Assembly (NCBI GenBank): GCA_026398515.1
Contig: JAPLSS010000090.1
Coordinates: forward strand, 1 to 54,531
Direction of reading: 5' to 3'
From: Candidatus Sumerlaeota bacterium
Lineage (GTDB): Bacteria; Sumerlaeota; Sumerlaeia; JAPLSS01
Length of the DNA stretch: 54,531 bases
The notes below the pieces were generated by a model. It made no database searches, was not told the DNA's origin, and worked only from the letters and a program-made list of their open reading frames with translations. Both the position numbers and the translations under genes were made by a program. Shown piece by piece: positions 54,139-54,531 of the stretch; positions within the stretch are counted from its first letter, which is position 1; each line of letters begins with the position of its first letter.

Positions 54139-54531
54139 ATGGCCATGTCTCAACAAAGCGTCTTTTTGCTGGGGCTGGGCTCCGTGCGGCTCTCGGTCGT
54201 CGAAAGGCTGGTTCGGCAAGGCCGGGCGCCTGCTTTTGCGCGCCTGCTGTTGGAAGGGGCTTCGGCGCCGGAACTGATCAACCTCTACCCGAACAAGAGC
54301 CATGCGGCCTGGATCAGCGCGGCTTCGGGCGCCACCGCCGGAACGCACGGCGTGGTGAGCATCTTGACCACTGATACCGGCGGACCTCCCTACCGGCAAG
54401 AGTTGCTCGGGTCCGTGCGCCGCGCCGAATATCTCTGGGAAGCGGCCGAACGGCAGGGCAAGCAAGCGATCGTGCTGAATTGGCCGGACTCCTGGCCGTC
54501 GCGGCTCAGGAAGGGCATCCAGATCGGCGGC
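54139..54531 (+). CDS. Alkaline-phosphatase-family protein (type I phosphodiesterase / nucleotide pyrophosphatase-like), 5' part only
   Basis: Absent from the ORF track because there is no stop in the window. GGGAGG lies 7 nt upstream of the ATG at 54139. Translation: MAMSQQSVFLLGLGSVRLSVVERLVRQGRAPAFARLLLEGASAPELINLYPNKSHAAWISAASGATAGTHGVVS... The listed antisense ORF 54100-54465 is Arg/Pro-rich shadow. Confidence 0.7.
   Translation, partial: MAMSQQSVFLLGLGSVRLSVVERLVRQGRAPAFARLLLEGASAPELINLYPNKSHAAWISAASGATAGTHGVVSILTTDTGGPPYRQELLGSVRRAEYLWEAAERQGKQAIVLNWPDSWPSRLRKGIQIGG

Noticed and set aside
1-54531. Search for CRISPR arrays, tRNA or rRNA genes, riboswitch-like leaders and transporters.
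   Set aside because: I found no regularly spaced short repeats, no cloverleaf-like or rRNA-like segments, and no multi-TM or Walker-motif ORFs. Intergenic regions are short apart from the decayed patches described in the findings.

Overview
This is a high-GC bacterial chromosomal segment; my hand counts on single 60-nt lines give about 73% GC in typical coding lines. It is packed with carbohydrate-active enzymes and S1-type sulfatases. I found no rRNA, tRNA or CRISPR array, and no ORF that looks like a transporter. The gene content (many Sec/Tat-exported sulfatases and rhamnosidases, LacI/AraC regulators, no SusC/D) suggests a PVC-group-like polysaccharide degrader, but that is inference only.

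Layout: (i) 1-5.2 kb holds a GH43 gene (partial), an unusual sulfatase-fold protein and two exported proteins of unknown function. (ii) 5.47-33.65 kb is a 28-kb array of genes all on the plus strand. It opens with a LacI regulator translationally coupled to an operon of two sulfatases and three uncharacterised exported proteins. Next come another unknown exported protein, three GH78 genes (one interrupted), a GH43, a GH106-like gene, a GH127 (interrupted), a Tat-exported sulfatase and an uncharacterised GH-like protein. (iii) 33.6-50.1 kb is a visibly rearranged zone. It contains gene fragments (sulfatase, AraC, GHL6, alpha/beta-hydrolase, MarR-like), a paralogue inactivated by an internal deletion, a diverged ~247-bp direct repeat that duplicates a divergent promoter cassette, a low-GC two-gene island, and an ISKra4-like insertion sequence with 22-bp inverted repeats and no target duplication. 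(iv) 50.1-54.5 kb holds two more GH-like proteins and a partial alkaline-phosphatase-family gene.

The most notable observations are:
- three in-frame stop codons inside otherwise intact-looking enzyme genes, one exactly at a conserved Trp of GH78;
- a sulfatase-fold protein with Thr at the formylglycine position;
- a sulfatase operon carrying two divergent paralogues of an unrecognised exported family;
- extensive locus erosion around the IS.

All family assignments come from reading motifs by eye and need HMM or BLAST confirmation.
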